Shown: piece after piece, positions 28,841 to 38,872 of the stretch | Numbering within the stretch: the first letter of the stretch is position 1 | Layout of the letters: each line of letters starts with the position of its first letter | Assembly: GCA_041661865.1 (NCBI GenBank) | Contig: JBAZTO010000016.1 | Coordinates: forward strand, 2,201-66,200 | Reading direction: 5' to 3' | Source of the DNA: Phycisphaerae bacterium | GTDB taxonomy: Bacteria; Planctomycetota; Phycisphaerae; SM23-33 | DNA length: 64,000 nt | The notes under the pieces: model-generated | The model's database searches: none | What the model saw: only the letters and a program-made list of their open reading frames with translations | Told to the model about the DNA's origin: nothing | Position numbers and translations under genes: made by a program

Positions 28841-31333
28841 TTACGGCGAGTCCCAATGCCTGGGGAAGTCGTCCGTGAGGCCGACGCCGCGAAGGTCGAT
28901 GTCCTGAAATCCCAGCTTCAGGGCGGGCGATTGGGGCTTGAGCCGGTAGTCGCGGCGCTCTGGGGCGACAAACATCGGATCGGCCACCAGGCTGTTCTGG
29001 TCGTACTTCCCGCCCAGTATGCCCTTCCAGTTTTCCAGGCTCCCCTTCTGTTCGCCGCTGATGCCCACCGTACCGTCGCGATCCCAGAACAGGTTATGGT
29101 CCGATTCGGTGATTCGGTCGTCCGACCAGTTTATGAAGTGATAGGCCGATTTCATATTGGGTCCATCTGGGGCATGGGTCTCAGCCTGCACCACGATCAG
29201 GTGTCCGCTGGCAGGATTGACGGTCCGTCGGCCGCCAGGCGTCCAGTTGGGGTCGCTGCACAAGGCCCAGGCATCGAATATGATCGTTCCGCCCTGGAGA
29301 TTCTCCCACGTCACATCGGCCCGGCCCTTCTGTAGATCCACCGATCCGGCGCAGGCCCATGCGAAGGTGTGCCAATCGCCCGTATCCTTCAGGTTCATCA
29401 ACGTGACAGGCCGGCTGGACCCGATAGTCAAGGAGGAGTGTCCGCTATAGTCGATCAGTCCGGACTTGGCGTTACTCATCGAATAGAGGATCCACACCCG
29501 GTAGTTGGCGTCGGCCGGGATCGCGACGCCCGGCCACGACAGTCGGCTCCCGATCTTGTGGTCAACCGCGACACCCTGATTGAAGCCGCCGGGAGGCCTG
29601 TCGCCCGAATCGAAACAGATTATGTTACGGCTGTACGTGTGCTGGTAGGCAGGAACGTTGCTGTAGGCGAAAGAGACGATCCCAACGCTGCAGACCCCGT
29701 CACCGACGATGATGTTGTTCTCGATCCTGTTGCCGATGCCCTTGGTGGTGATGGCGCTGGCCCCTCCGGAAGCCCGGATGCCGTATATCACGTTGTTCGT
29801 GATCGTCCAGCGATCGGACCCGTCGTCGAGGTATATGCCACACTGCGTGTCAATCTCCAGGTGGCCGCTGTCGTGTATCAGGTTGTGGTCGAGGCTGTTG
29901 CCGGGTCCGGAGCACCAACTTTCGCAGGCCCCGGTGTCCTGGCTGTCCTCGTTCACGTGGTGGACGTGGTTGTAGGCGATCCGGTTATTCCGCGACCAGT
30001 TGCCCGCGTAGCGTGTCGCCTCATCGATGCCGCTCGGCTGTGTCCGCGCCGAGGAGAGCGGGCCCTTGACCGAGATGCCGTAACGCGGCATGTTGTGCAC
30101 AAGGTTATGAAGGATCTCGTTGCTTCCGCTCTGCCGAAGGCAAATTCCACCCCCGTGCCCCACGAGGCGTCCGCAATGGTGGATATGGTTGTTGACGATC
30201 CGGTTGCCCTTGCAGACATCGGCAGTGGTCAGTCCCTCCAGCGACACGCCGTCCTGCCCGTTGTACTGGATAAGATTGCCATAGACCTCGCACCGCTGAA
30301 CGTAGCCCTGGAGGTGGACGCCGTGCGTGAAGGCGTTTTCCACCTTGCAGAAGCGAATCGAGCAATCCTCCGCGCCGGAAAGGCGCACGGCCTGGGCGTT
30401 GGCGATGGAGAGGTCCAGATTCGCGAAGTGGATATTGCGCACGGGCCGTTGTTCAGTGCCCAGAATCCGGATGACATTATCGGCGGTCGCGGCCACCAAT
30501 TCGCCTTGCTGCGGCTGGCCCTTCACGGGCCAGACGTATATCTTGCCCTCCGACCAGGCGATCTTGCATTCCCCCGGCCGATCCAGCAGCGCCAGAACGT
30601 TCCGAACGCGATAGCGATTGCCGGGACGAAAGGCGGACATGGGCTCGAAATGCAGCACGCGGTTGGCCGGATCAATGCTCTTGATCGGCTTGTCGTCGCT
30701 GAACCAGTCGTTTGTCGGCCAGGCAAACAGGCGGGCGTCGCCCCAGTCCCAGTTGGGATCCAGGTCGCCGTCAAAGTAGACCAGCGAACTGGTCTCCTGG
30801 CCGTCGAGAATCCCCGCGACCTCCAGGTATCCTGACTGCGGCGCAGCGGCCAAGTCCAAGCGACGATTGTCCTCGAACACCTGTTGTGGGACTTTTCCCG
30901 CGGGGATGGGACACTGCCAGATTCCCTTCTGCCACAATTCCCACTGCCCCAGCCTGACGCCCCCGACCAGGCGGGCCGTCTCGCCCGGATAGGAGGCATA
31001 CGTGATGGAATGGCTCTGGTCGCCAGAGTCCTCGGCTTCCAGACGCAAGCCGTCAGGAAGGTAGTAGGTGCCCGCGCGGAAGTAGACACCTACATCGCGC
31101 CGCAGCCCTTCGGCGATCAGCTTGCGTACCGCCTGTTTTGCCCGCTCAGCCGATGCAAAGGGCCCGTCAGTTCCCTCTGTGTTGGACAAGGCCAGGCAAC
31201 CCGTCCAGGCGTCGTTTCCCGCTGGAGAGACATACAGATGATCCTGGTCGTCCGGCAGCCGCGCGGGGGCCGACTGAGCCATCACGAGGGCAGGGAACAG
31301 AAACAACAACGTTGGTATCAGCATCCATTTCAT
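28841..31333 (-). CDS. Secreted right-handed beta-helix glycan-active enzyme (GH141-like) with an inserted CBM-like domain
   Basis: Signal peptide; LYVSPAGND..G...DGPFAS; YPGE.A.L.GG; Asn-ladder repeats (NLIQY, NHIHH, NLVHN, NHVHH, DTGA, GIYLDDGS); C-terminal DP.FV.PE.RDYRLKP.SPALKLGF. The track start at 31417 overlaps tRNA-Val and was moved. Confidence 0.8.
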   Translation of the reverse strand: MKWMLIPTLLFLFPALVMAQSAPARLPDDQDHLYVSPAGNDAWTGCLALSNTEGTDGPFASAERAKQAVRKLIAEGLRRDVGVYFRAGTYYLPDGLRLEAEDSGDQSHSITYASYPGETARLVGGVRLGQWELWQKGIWQCPIPAGKVPQQVFEDNRRLDLAAAPQSGYLEVAGILDGQETSSLVYFDGDLDPNWDWGDARLFAWPTNDWFSDDKPIKSIDPANRVLHFEPMSAFRPGNRYRVRNVLALLDRPGECKIAWSEGKIYVWPVKGQPQQGELVAATADNVIRILGTEQRPVRNIHFANLDLSIANAQAVRLSGAEDCSIRFCKVENAFTHGVHLQGYVQRCEVYGNLIQYNGQDGVSLEGLTTADVCKGNRIVNNHIHHCGRLVGHGGGICLRQSGSNEILHNLVHNMPRYGISVKGPLSSARTQPSGIDEATRYAGNWSRNNRIAYNHVHHVNEDSQDTGACESWCSGPGNSLDHNLIHDSGHLEIDTQCGIYLDDGSDRWTITNNVIYGIRASGGASAITTKGIGNRIENNIIVGDGVCSVGIVSFAYSNVPAYQHTYSRNIICFDSGDRPPGGFNQGVAVDHKIGSRLSWPGVAIPADANYRVWILYSMSNAKSGLIDYSGHSSLTIGSSRPVTLMNLKDTGDWHTFAWACAGSVDLQKGRADVTWENLQGGTIIFDAWALCSDPNWTPGGRRTVNPASGHLIVVQAETHAPDGPNMKSAYHFINWSDDRITESDHNLFWDRDGTVGISGEQKGSLENWKGILGGKYDQNSLVADPMFVAPERRDYRLKPQSPALKLGFQDIDLRGVGLTDDFPRHWDSP

Positions 31334-31358
31334 AGCCGGCCTACCAAGTGGGACAGAC

Positions 31359-31432
31359 TGGGCACGACAGGACTCGAACCTGTGACATCTTCCTTGTAAG
31401 GGAAGCGCTCTAGCCAACTGAGCTACGCGCCC
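31359..31432 (-). tRNA. tRNA-Val(TAC)
   Basis: GGGCGCG TAGCTCAGTTGGCTAGAGC G CTTCC CTTACAA GGAAG ATGTC ACAGGTTCGAGTCCTGT CGTGCCC A. Confidence 0.97.
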
Positions 31433-31515
31433 GTCAAGATGGTCAGTATATCCGCCCTTCCATTCCCTGCCAAGCGGCTAGGAGCGGGGTTGCATCACGG
31501 GAGTCGATTGCGTTT

Positions 31516-31746
31516 GTGCCGGCCCACGCCCTGCCACTCATCACCAACCCCGCCGCCGCGGCCTTCCTGCTGGTCAAGGGCTCTGGCCGGGTGATGGCGC
31601 TGGCCTCGGTGCTGGGCGCGGTCAGCGGACTGGGCGGGTTCCTGCTCTCAGCGGCCACCGACCTGCCCAGCGGCGCGGTGATCGTGCTGCTTTCCTCGGC
31701 CTTGGTGGGCCTGGCTGCGTTGGTGGCGCGACTGCGGCGTTCGTAG
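31516..31746 (+). pseudogene. 3' fragment of an ABC-3 family (ZnuB/MntB-like) metal transporter permease
   Basis: LITNPAAAAFLL...ALASVLGAVSGLGGFLLS...DLPSGAVIVLL matches the last TM helices of ABC-3 permeases. The 5' three-quarters is absent because tRNA-Val lies immediately upstream. Confidence 0.65.
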
Positions 31747-31748
31747 CG

Positions 31749-33206
31749 CTACTTCCCGCTATCCACCTGTTCCAGAACTGGTTGGCCGTCCCGCACAGAG
31801 GCACGGTACACCGACCCGCTTGCTCGGGCCTGCACGGCCACTGGCCCAAGTTCCAGAATTGTCACGGTCACCTCACGGTCATCGCCATCAGCCGCCCAGG
31901 CTGTGATCAGCCACTCGGCCCGCTGCCGGTGCTTCCGTGCGACCACGCGGGCCGTGACGTCGCCCGTGGGAAACTCGTACGCAGGCAAGTCATGGGACCA
32001 GCGGTGCCGGTCCGGGCCAGGCAAGAGGTCACCCTGTCGCAGGAATTCCTCGAGGTGAGAGAAGGTTGCATGAACGCGGGCCAGGACCATCATCTGGCCC
32101 AGCCAATGCGGCGGTTCGGCGCCGGTGTCGACATCGCCATCCGAAGGATTCGAGAAATAGCCGGCCACGCCGCCGGTCATACCGGCTGTGTACAAGCACT
32201 TCAGGAAGCCCTTATATCGATTCAGATCGCCCCAAAAACCGCCCTCGCCCCATGCGTTGCGCGGCCAGCCGCCACTGAGCCAGTTATATGAAAGCGGATC
32301 GCCCAGCGGGATCTGCTGCGCGGCGGCGTTAAGCGCCTGGGTGAGCATGTCATTGTGCCCCGTCCAGCCGGAGCAAAGGTGCCGGTAGTAAATACTGCTG
32401 GAGGGCAGATCACTGACCGGCCGCATGAAACGGTATTCCCAGTCCCAATCCTCCCAGCCCTTGTAGCGATAGCGTTGCACACAACCATCGGTGTAGTAGT
32501 AGATGTACAGCAGCCGACCGGGACAGGCCTTGCGGAAAGCGTCGGTGACAATGCCTTCCTGGTGCGCCTTCCCGCGGGAGATGTATTCGTGCCAACTCAT
32601 GTCGCCCTTGGCCTTGACGACCCGCTCATCCTTCTCCCAGATCTTGCCGTCATGGCCGTAGACCTTCAGGGCATACTCCCCATAATTAAGGATAACAGCC
32701 ACGGGCGCTTTGGCCATGACCTTCCGTAGCGGCTCGATGGCTGCCTCCGCCGACTGTTGGAACACCAGGTCCGGCGCCTCGGGACTCCAGACCTTCTTGC
32801 CTTCAGGCCCTACACACCACGTCTCCGGCGGCAGCGTCCTGGTGAAATCCTCGGAGTGGCAGGGCGAATAGGCTACAACGGCGAGGGGGTAGTGTTTGGG
32901 ATCGGAAGCCGCCAAGGCACACAACCGAGAGGCTGCGCTGTTGGGGTCGTCCAACTCCCTGGCCAGTTCATTATTGGCCGTCCCCAGTTCCAGGGCATAG
33001 CCCCAGTGCTTGGACAACTCAATGCGAAACTCAGGCGAGAGCCTGACGGTGCTGCAACGGGCCAGCGGAGGAAGCGTGTGTCCCTGGCGAAAAACCGGCT
33101 GGCTCGCCGCCCGCAGATGCTCCAGAGGCGTGGCCCCGGCTGCAAACGGGGCAAGGGCTGTCGCCAGGACCGTCAGCAGCGATAGGCCGAACATTCGTGG
33201 GGTCAT
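31749..33206 (-). CDS. Secreted hypothetical protein (485 aa, aromatic-rich)
   Basis: Signal peptide (MTPRMFGLSLLTVLATALAPFAAG); globular composition; no family recognised. Confidence 0.7.
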   Translation of the reverse strand: MTPRMFGLSLLTVLATALAPFAAGATPLEHLRAASQPVFRQGHTLPPLARCSTVRLSPEFRIELSKHWGYALELGTANNELARELDDPNSAASRLCALAASDPKHYPLAVVAYSPCHSEDFTRTLPPETWCVGPEGKKVWSPEAPDLVFQQSAEAAIEPLRKVMAKAPVAVILNYGEYALKVYGHDGKIWEKDERVVKAKGDMSWHEYISRGKAHQEGIVTDAFRKACPGRLLYIYYYTDGCVQRYRYKGWEDWDWEYRFMRPVSDLPSSSIYYRHLCSGWTGHNDMLTQALNAAAQQIPLGDPLSYNWLSGGWPRNAWGEGGFWGDLNRYKGFLKCLYTAGMTGGVAGYFSNPSDGDVDTGAEPPHWLGQMMVLARVHATFSHLEEFLRQGDLLPGPDRHRWSHDLPAYEFPTGDVTARVVARKHRQRAEWLITAWAADGDDREVTVTILELGPVAVQARASGSVYRASVRDGQPVLEQVDSGK

Positions 33207-33412
33207 GTGATCCTCTCCTCAATCCGTAGTTCTTGGTGGCCATTCACGAGTCTGGGGCCCATCGTATGGACGGACCACTGGGAATCAAGCATCATCTTCC
33301 ATCCGCCCCGCGCGGCTGGCAAATGATGAAGAGGTCTGCTATCTTGGCCGCCGACACACAAGTGCCACGATGGCCTCAGAAGGATATAGGAATCCTGTTA
33401 GGCGAGAATTCC

Positions 33413-35074
33413 ATGAACATGGAGACACCGGCCGGCAAACTCGACCCCCGAGTCAGGCGCTTTGTGACGCCCAAGCGGATCGTCTGGCAGAACCAGGGCG
33501 CCGACGCCCCGCAGAACGCCACGATGCTGCTGAAGGAAGACGACGGCCAGGCGCTGCTGTCCCTGGATAGACCCTGCGTGCTGGAAAACACGGGCGATGG
33601 CGCGCCGGGCCTGCTGCTGGACTTCGGGGTCGAACTCAACGGCGGCGTGCAGATTGTCACCTGTCGCAGTGGCGACGCAATGCCGGTGACCGTTCGGGTT
33701 CGCTTCGGCGAGTCAGCCAGCGAGGCGATGGGCATCACCAACAATGACCACGCCATGCACGACCAGGTCGTGCGGCTTCCCATCATGGGCAATCACGAAG
33801 TGGGCTCCACGGGCTTCCGCTTCGTCCGCATCGACCTGGTGCAGGAGAACGCACGGATCGAGATCAAGTCCATCCGGGCCGTCTTTCTCTATCGCGAGCT
33901 GGAGTACCATGGCTCCTTCGCGTGCAGCGACGAGCGGCTGAGCCGCATCTGGGCCGTCGGCGCCCGCACCGTCCATCTGTGCATGCAGGATTTTTTGTGG
34001 GACGGCATCAAGCGCGACCGCCTGGTGTGGATCGGCGACATGCATCCCGAGACGGCGGTCATCGCCAGCCTCTTCGGAGCCCACCCGATCGTGCCGGCCA
34101 GCCTGGACATGGTCCGCGACACCACGCCGCTGCCCCAATGGATGAATGGCATCAGTTCCTATTCCATCTGGTGGGTGCTCATCCACGAATACTGGTACGC
34201 CTACCAGGGCGACCTCGACTACCTGCGTCGCCAGCGGACCTACCTGCTGGGCGTGCTCGACCTGCTGCAAAGCCGCATCGGCCCCGATGGCGCCGAGGCC
34301 CTGGACGGCATGCGGTTCCTGGATTGGCCCAGCCAGGCCAACCCGTCCGCCGTGCATGCCGGCCTGCAATCGCTAATGGTGCTGGCGATGGACGCCGGTG
34401 CGCGGCTGTGCGAGGTTCTGGGCGAAAGTGACGCGGCGCTCCGATGCGCCGACGCCGCGGCCAGGCTCCGCCGCCACGTCCCGCAGGCCGGGATGAGCAA
34501 GCAGGCCAACGCGCTGCTGGCGCTGTCAGGCCTGGCCGACGCGGCCGAGACCAACCGCCGCGTCCTGGCCAACGAGCCGCTGTCGAAACTCTCGACCTTC
34601 TACGGCTACTATGTCCTCCAGGCCCGCGCGCGGGCCGGCGACTACGACGGCTGCCTGGAGGTGATCCGCAAGTATTGGGGCGCGATGCTCGATCTGGGGG
34701 CGACGAGTTTCTGGGAGGACTTCAGCCTGGACTGGACCGCCGGGGCCGCGGGCATCGAAGACCTCGTGCCGCCGGGCATGAAGGACATTCACGGCGATTT
34801 CGGCGACTACTGCTACAAGGGCTTCCGCCACAGTCTCTGCCACGGCTGGGCCGCCGGGCCGACGGCCTGGCTCAGCGAGCACGTGCTGGGCGTGCGTCCC
34901 ACCCAACCGGGCTTTGCGGAGGTCGCGATACGGCCGCACCTGGGCGGCCTGGAATGGGCGGAAGGCACGTTCCCCACGCCCCGCGGCCTGATCTGCGTCA
35001 GCCACAAGCGCCGCGGCGACGGGACAATCGACAGCAGGATCGACGCACCGGCCGGGGTGAAGGTCGTTCGGTGA
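33413..35074 (+). CDS. Alpha-L-rhamnosidase (GH78)
   Basis: LLDFGVEL.GG, GFRFVR, FACSDERLSRIW, DGIKRDRLVWIGD, GATSFWE, SLCHGWAAGP, PTPRGLI. Confidence 0.9.
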   Translation: MNMETPAGKLDPRVRRFVTPKRIVWQNQGADAPQNATMLLKEDDGQALLSLDRPCVLENTGDGAPGLLLDFGVELNGGVQIVTCRSGDAMPVTVRVRFGESASEAMGITNNDHAMHDQVVRLPIMGNHEVGSTGFRFVRIDLVQENARIEIKSIRAVFLYRELEYHGSFACSDERLSRIWAVGARTVHLCMQDFLWDGIKRDRLVWIGDMHPETAVIASLFGAHPIVPASLDMVRDTTPLPQWMNGISSYSIWWVLIHEYWYAYQGDLDYLRRQRTYLLGVLDLLQSRIGPDGAEALDGMRFLDWPSQANPSAVHAGLQSLMVLAMDAGARLCEVLGESDAALRCADAAARLRRHVPQAGMSKQANALLALSGLADAAETNRRVLANEPLSKLSTFYGYYVLQARARAGDYDGCLEVIRKYWGAMLDLGATSFWEDFSLDWTAGAAGIEDLVPPGMKDIHGDFGDYCYKGFRHSLCHGWAAGPTAWLSEHVLGVRPTQPGFAEVAIRPHLGGLEWAEGTFPTPRGLICVSHKRRGDGTIDSRIDAPAGVKVVR

Positions 35075-35091
35075 CCGCGGTGAACAAGCTA

Positions 35092-35157
35092 AGCCGCGAA
35101 TGACGCGAACTGTCCAGATACCTACATATTACTAGCCGCGAGCGCAAAGCGAGCGGG
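35092..35157. repeat. GCCGCGAA-type repeat end plus a GCCGCGAGCGCAAAGCGAGCGG palindromic unit
   Basis: AGCCGCGAATGACGCGAAC at 35092-35110 and TAGCCGCGAGCGCAAAGCGAGCGGG just downstream, between convergent genes. Confidence 0.55.
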
Positions 35158-35203
35158 AATTTGGATGGCGAAACTGCCTCGGCGTCCCTTGCCCGGCACT
35201 CGT

Positions 35204-37069
35204 TTACTTCGCACTCCGCACTTCGCACTCCGCACTCTCTTCAATGGCCGGCAGTTCGAGTTCCACCGGGCTCTTGCGTGCGGCGCGGAACCACTTGGGG
35301 ATCGCGTCGATCAGGATGATGGCGGCGCTGGCCATGATGACCGTCGTCAGGACCAGGTTGATGATGCCCTGAAGCTGCTTGCCCGGCAGCGAAAGCTGCG
35401 GCAGGTAGATGCCGCGGATGTTCATCCACCCCGCCGTCAGCGTCGTGACGCCGACGAACGCCATCGGCACGATCGTCACCCACGCGTAGCGTGCTCGGCC
35501 GCGGTTGATGATGAACGATGTTCCCACGGCCAGGGCGATGCAGGCCAGCAGTTGGTTGGCCGTGCCGAACATCGGCCAGATCGTCGAGATGCTGCCGGTG
35601 TAGATGAAGTAGCCCCAGGCCAGCACGACCAGGGCGCTGGCCAGCAGATTGCCCACCAGCCAGTCGGTGCGGGCAAAGGGCCTGTAGACCTTGCCCAAGG
35701 CCTCCTGGAGGATGAAGCGGGCGATTCGCGTGCCGGCGTCGATGGTGGTCAGGATGAACAGGGCCTCGAACATGATGGCGAAGTGGTACCAATAGGACAT
35801 CAGGGACGACAGGCCGGGAATGGACGAAAAGACCTGCGCCATGCCGACAGCCAGCGAGACGGCCCCGCCGGGCCGGCCAGCGATCTTCTCGTTGACCTCC
35901 CGGGCCAGTTCCGGCAGGTTGGAAGTGGCAAATCCCATGGCCTGGAGTTGGGGCAGGAACTTCTGGAATGTCGCGGGGTCAAGGTTGATCTGGAAGTAGT
36001 CCAGCGGAAAGAGGCTGGTGGCGGCCACCAGGGCCAGGATGCTGACCATGCCCTCGGCCAGCATCGAGCCGACGGCGATGACCTTGATGTCGTGGTGCGA
36101 CATGAGCATCTTGGGCGTGGTGCCCGAGCTGACCAGCGAATGGAACCCGCTGATGGCCCCGCAGGCGATGGTGATGAACAGGTAGGGGAACAATGTGCCG
36201 GGGATGATGGCCCCCCCGCCGGCAGTGAAGGTCGTGAAGGCGGGCATCTTGATCGTCGGGGCCACCACGATGATCCCCACGGCCAGCATGGCCACGACGG
36301 CCAGCTTCATGATCGCGCTGATGTAGTCGCGCGGGGCCAGCAGCAGCCAGACCGGCAGCACCGACGCGCAGAAGCCGTAGCCGCACAGCAGAAGCGTCAG
36401 CGTCTTGCGGTCGAAGGTGAACCATCCCGCCAGCGGCGAGCCGGGGATGTAGCGCCCCAGGATCACGGCCAGGACCAGCAGCGTCACGCCGAAAGCGGTG
36501 GCCTCGCCGGTGTGGCCCTTGCGGAACTTGTACATCCACAGGCCCGTGGCCAGGGCGATGGGGATGGTAGCGGCGATGGTGAAGGTGCCCCACGCGCTCT
36601 CGGCCAGGGCGTTAACCACGACGCTGCCCAGGCCCGCCAGCGCCACGATGATGATGATCAGCACCGCCAGCGACGCAGTCGACCCGCTGATCCGGCCGAT
36701 TTCGCGGCGGGCGATCTCGGCCAGGCTCTTGCCGTCGTGCTGCACCGAGGCGGTCAGGATGACCAGGTCATGCACCGCCCCGGCCATCACCGAGCCGATG
36801 AGCATCCACAGGAAGCCGGGGAAGTAGCCGAACTGGGCGGCCAGCACCGGCCCCACCAGCGGCCCAGCCCCCGCGATGGCGGCGAAATGATGCCCAAAGA
36901 GCACCCACTTGCTGGTGGGATAGTAGTTCTGCCCGTCATAGAGGCGATGGGCCGGCGTCTTGCGGGAGTCCTCCCTGACCGCGACCTTGGCCGCCACGAA
37001 GCCGAAATAGAAACGGTAGGCCAGCGCGAAGACCACCAGGGCCGCGATCACCAGAACCATTGCGTTCAT
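35204..37069 (-). CDS. cstA: Carbon starvation protein A family peptide/pyruvate transporter
   Basis: [77 protein letters not shown]. Confidence 0.95.
   Translation of the reverse strand: MNAMVLVIAALVVFALAYRFYFGFVAAKVAVREDSRKTPAHRLYDGQNYYPTSKWVLFGHHFAAIAGAGPLVGPVLAAQFGYFPGFLWMLIGSVMAGAVHDLVILTASVQHDGKSLAEIARREIGRISGSTASLAVLIIIIVALAGLGSVVVNALAESAWGTFTIAATIPIALATGLWMYKFRKGHTGEATAFGVTLLVLAVILGRYIPGSPLAGWFTFDRKTLTLLLCGYGFCASVLPVWLLLAPRDYISAIMKLAVVAMLAVGIIVVAPTIKMPAFTTFTAGGGAIIPGTLFPYLFITIACGAISGFHSLVSSGTTPKMLMSHHDIKVIAVGSMLAEGMVSILALVAATSLFPLDYFQINLDPATFQKFLPQLQAMGFATSNLPELAREVNEKIAGRPGGAVSLAVGMAQVFSSIPGLSSLMSYWYHFAIMFEALFILTTIDAGTRIARFILQEALGKVYRPFARTDWLVGNLLASALVVLAWGYFIYTGSISTIWPMFGTANQLLACIALAVGTSFIINRGRARYAWVTIVPMAFVGVTTLTAGWMNIRGIYLPQLSLPGKQLQGIINLVLTTVIMASAAIILIDAIPKWFRAARKSPVELELPAIEESAECEVRSAK
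35206..35236. repeat. Tandem heptamer (ACTTCGC/ACTCCGC)x4 overlapping the cstA 3' end
   Basis: ACTTCGC ACTCCGC ACTTCGC ACTCCGC ACT; supplies the [10 protein letters not shown] tail of CstA. Confidence 0.8.
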
Positions 37070-37219
37070 GTCAAGTCCGCTCCCGCCGCCCAACTGAAAA
37101 AGTCACCTTTGCGGCCGCTCGCCAAGGCAGCGACGGTCCCATTGTAACAAAGGTTGGAGGTTAGCGATAAGAGATTGGAGGAGCGTCTTCAGGGCAAACG
37201 CATCTAATAAGAGACCTTC

Positions 37220-37340
37220 GCCGCGAATTACGCAGATTACGCGAATTCAAAGATATAAAGAACTGACAGTAAGGCCGGGGAAATTGGTAGGTCGTGCAAC
37301 TTGTTGCACGCGGAATGAAGCTTACGAGCTTTTCGCGGCT
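37220..37340. repeat. GCCGCGAA...TTCGCGGC inverted-end element with 9-bp tandem units
   Basis: Left end GCCGCGAATTACGCAGATTACGCGAATTC; right end TTTCGCGGCT; same family as 42729-42840. Confidence 0.6.
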
Positions 37341-37461
37341 GATTTTTTCGCGACCAACTCATTTCACTCTTAGATGCGATGGCCCAGGGAGCGTCTTGCC
37401 CCCGCCGGCCGAGAATGGTATCTTCTCGCTTTCACGCAAGCGGCCACCCGCAGGAGAGAAC

Positions 37462-38292
37462 ATGATTACCCTCAGCGCCTTTGCCGACGAGATCGACCCC
37501 AGCCTCAAGATCCAGATGGACGTCTGCGCGTCTCACGGCATCGGGTGCATCGACGTCCGCGGCATCGACAACACGAACGTCTCGAAGATGACGCTCGACC
37601 AGGTCCGCCGGTACAGGAAGCAGATGGACGACCGCGGCTTCCGCGTCCCGTGCGTCGGCTCGCCGCTGGGCAAGATCAAGATCGGCGAAGACTTCCAGCC
37701 CCACCTGGAGTTGCTCAGGCACTGCTGCGACGTGGCCAAGGCCTTTGGCACTTCGCTGATCCGCATCTTCAGCTTCTATCCGCCCGAGGGCGGCAACATC
37801 GCCGACCACCGCTCGGCCGTGATGGACCAACTGGCCGCCATGGTCAAGCTGGCCGAGAAGTCCGACGTCATCCTGCTGCACGAGAACGAAAAGGCCATCT
37901 ACGGCGCCAAGCCCGCCGGCGTGCTGGACATCTTCGCGACCGTCAAGTCGCCCGCCCTCCAGGGCTGCTACGACCCCGCCAACTACGTCGAGGAAGGCAT
38001 CGCGCCGTACGACCAGGGCTGGAAGGCCGGCCTGGACAAGATTACTCACTACTTCCACATCAAGGACAAGAACCCCACCGAGAACACCTGCGTGCCGGCC
38101 GGGAAAGGCCAGGGGCAAATCGAAGAGGTCTTCCGCGAACTGAAGACCCGCAACTGGAGTGGCATAATGACGTTAGAGCCTCACATGCAGGCCGCCGGCC
38201 AGTTCCAGGGCTTCACCGGCCCCGACCTGTTCGCCCAGGCCGTCGGCGGACTCAAGGGCCTGCTCGACCGCGTGGGCCTGCCGTATCAATGA
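37462..38292 (+). CDS. Sugar phosphate isomerase/epimerase (AP_endonuc_2 TIM barrel)
   Basis: ITLSAFADEI, IRIFSFY, LLHENE, YDPANY, FHIKD, GKGQGQI, MTLEPH; AGGAG SD before ATG 37462. Confidence 0.88.
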   Translation: MITLSAFADEIDPSLKIQMDVCASHGIGCIDVRGIDNTNVSKMTLDQVRRYRKQMDDRGFRVPCVGSPLGKIKIGEDFQPHLELLRHCCDVAKAFGTSLIRIFSFYPPEGGNIADHRSAVMDQLAAMVKLAEKSDVILLHENEKAIYGAKPAGVLDIFATVKSPALQGCYDPANYVEEGIAPYDQGWKAGLDKITHYFHIKDKNPTENTCVPAGKGQGQIEEVFRELKTRNWSGIMTLEPHMQAAGQFQGFTGPDLFAQAVGGLKGLLDRVGLPYQ

Positions 38293-38499
38293 TGTCACAT
38301 TGCAACACGCAATGTTGATCTGAAGCAACAATTGGCCATGTCACCCTATCTGTTTGCGTTAGGATTGCCAGAATTAAAAGAATAGGGCAACCCTAGCGCT
38401 GGCAGTGCGTTGCGATCTTTTTGTCTCGCCGCGGACGACTTTCTCGTTCGGGAGGCACTATGATTGCGTAAATGTAGTCGCGATTGAAAGGGGAATCAC

Positions 38500-38832
38500 A
38501 TGAAAGGAAAGGAACGCCGCACGGATCGCCGCCTGCGACTCCGTGTGCCACTATCGTGCAATCTCACCCACGCTGACCATACCGTGGTGACAACCAATAT
38601 TTCAACCGGCGGAATGTACATTCAGCTTTCTAAAGGGGTCAGAATCAAGAGCGGCTCTGACTTGAATTTTGAACTCCTCATGCCGCCGGGGGATGGTTAT
38701 TCCCACATCAAGGGGAAGGTCAAGGGCAGCGGAAAGATCGTCCGTGTTGACGCCCTGGCCGCGGGCCATTCGGGCCTGGCTGTGCAGTTCACTCACCCGT
38801 TGACGCTGAGCTTTCCAGCGTCTTACACATGA
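38500..38832 (+). CDS. Stand-alone PilZ domain protein
   Basis: ERRTDRR (RxxxR) and NISTGG (D/NxSxxG) c-di-GMP motifs; G.VVR...G.A.QF. Confidence 0.85.
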   Translation: MKGKERRTDRRLRLRVPLSCNLTHADHTVVTTNISTGGMYIQLSKGVRIKSGSDLNFELLMPPGDGYSHIKGKVKGSGKIVRVDALAAGHSGLAVQFTHPLTLSFPASYT

Positions 38833-38872
38833 CGGCGGCCAGATTGGCGCCCATCTCCGCGAAGCCTCCGCC

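Noticed and set aside
20936-31358. Integrative element or prophage at the tRNAs
   Set aside because: No integrase, phage genes or duplicated tRNA 3' end seen.
31334-31417. ORF-track N-terminus MARALPLQGRCHRFESCRAQ of the beta-helix gene
   Set aside because: It is a translation of tRNA-Val; the real start is MKWMLIP at 31333.
35165-37147. 660-aa plus-strand ORF
   Set aside because: Antisense shadow of cstA.
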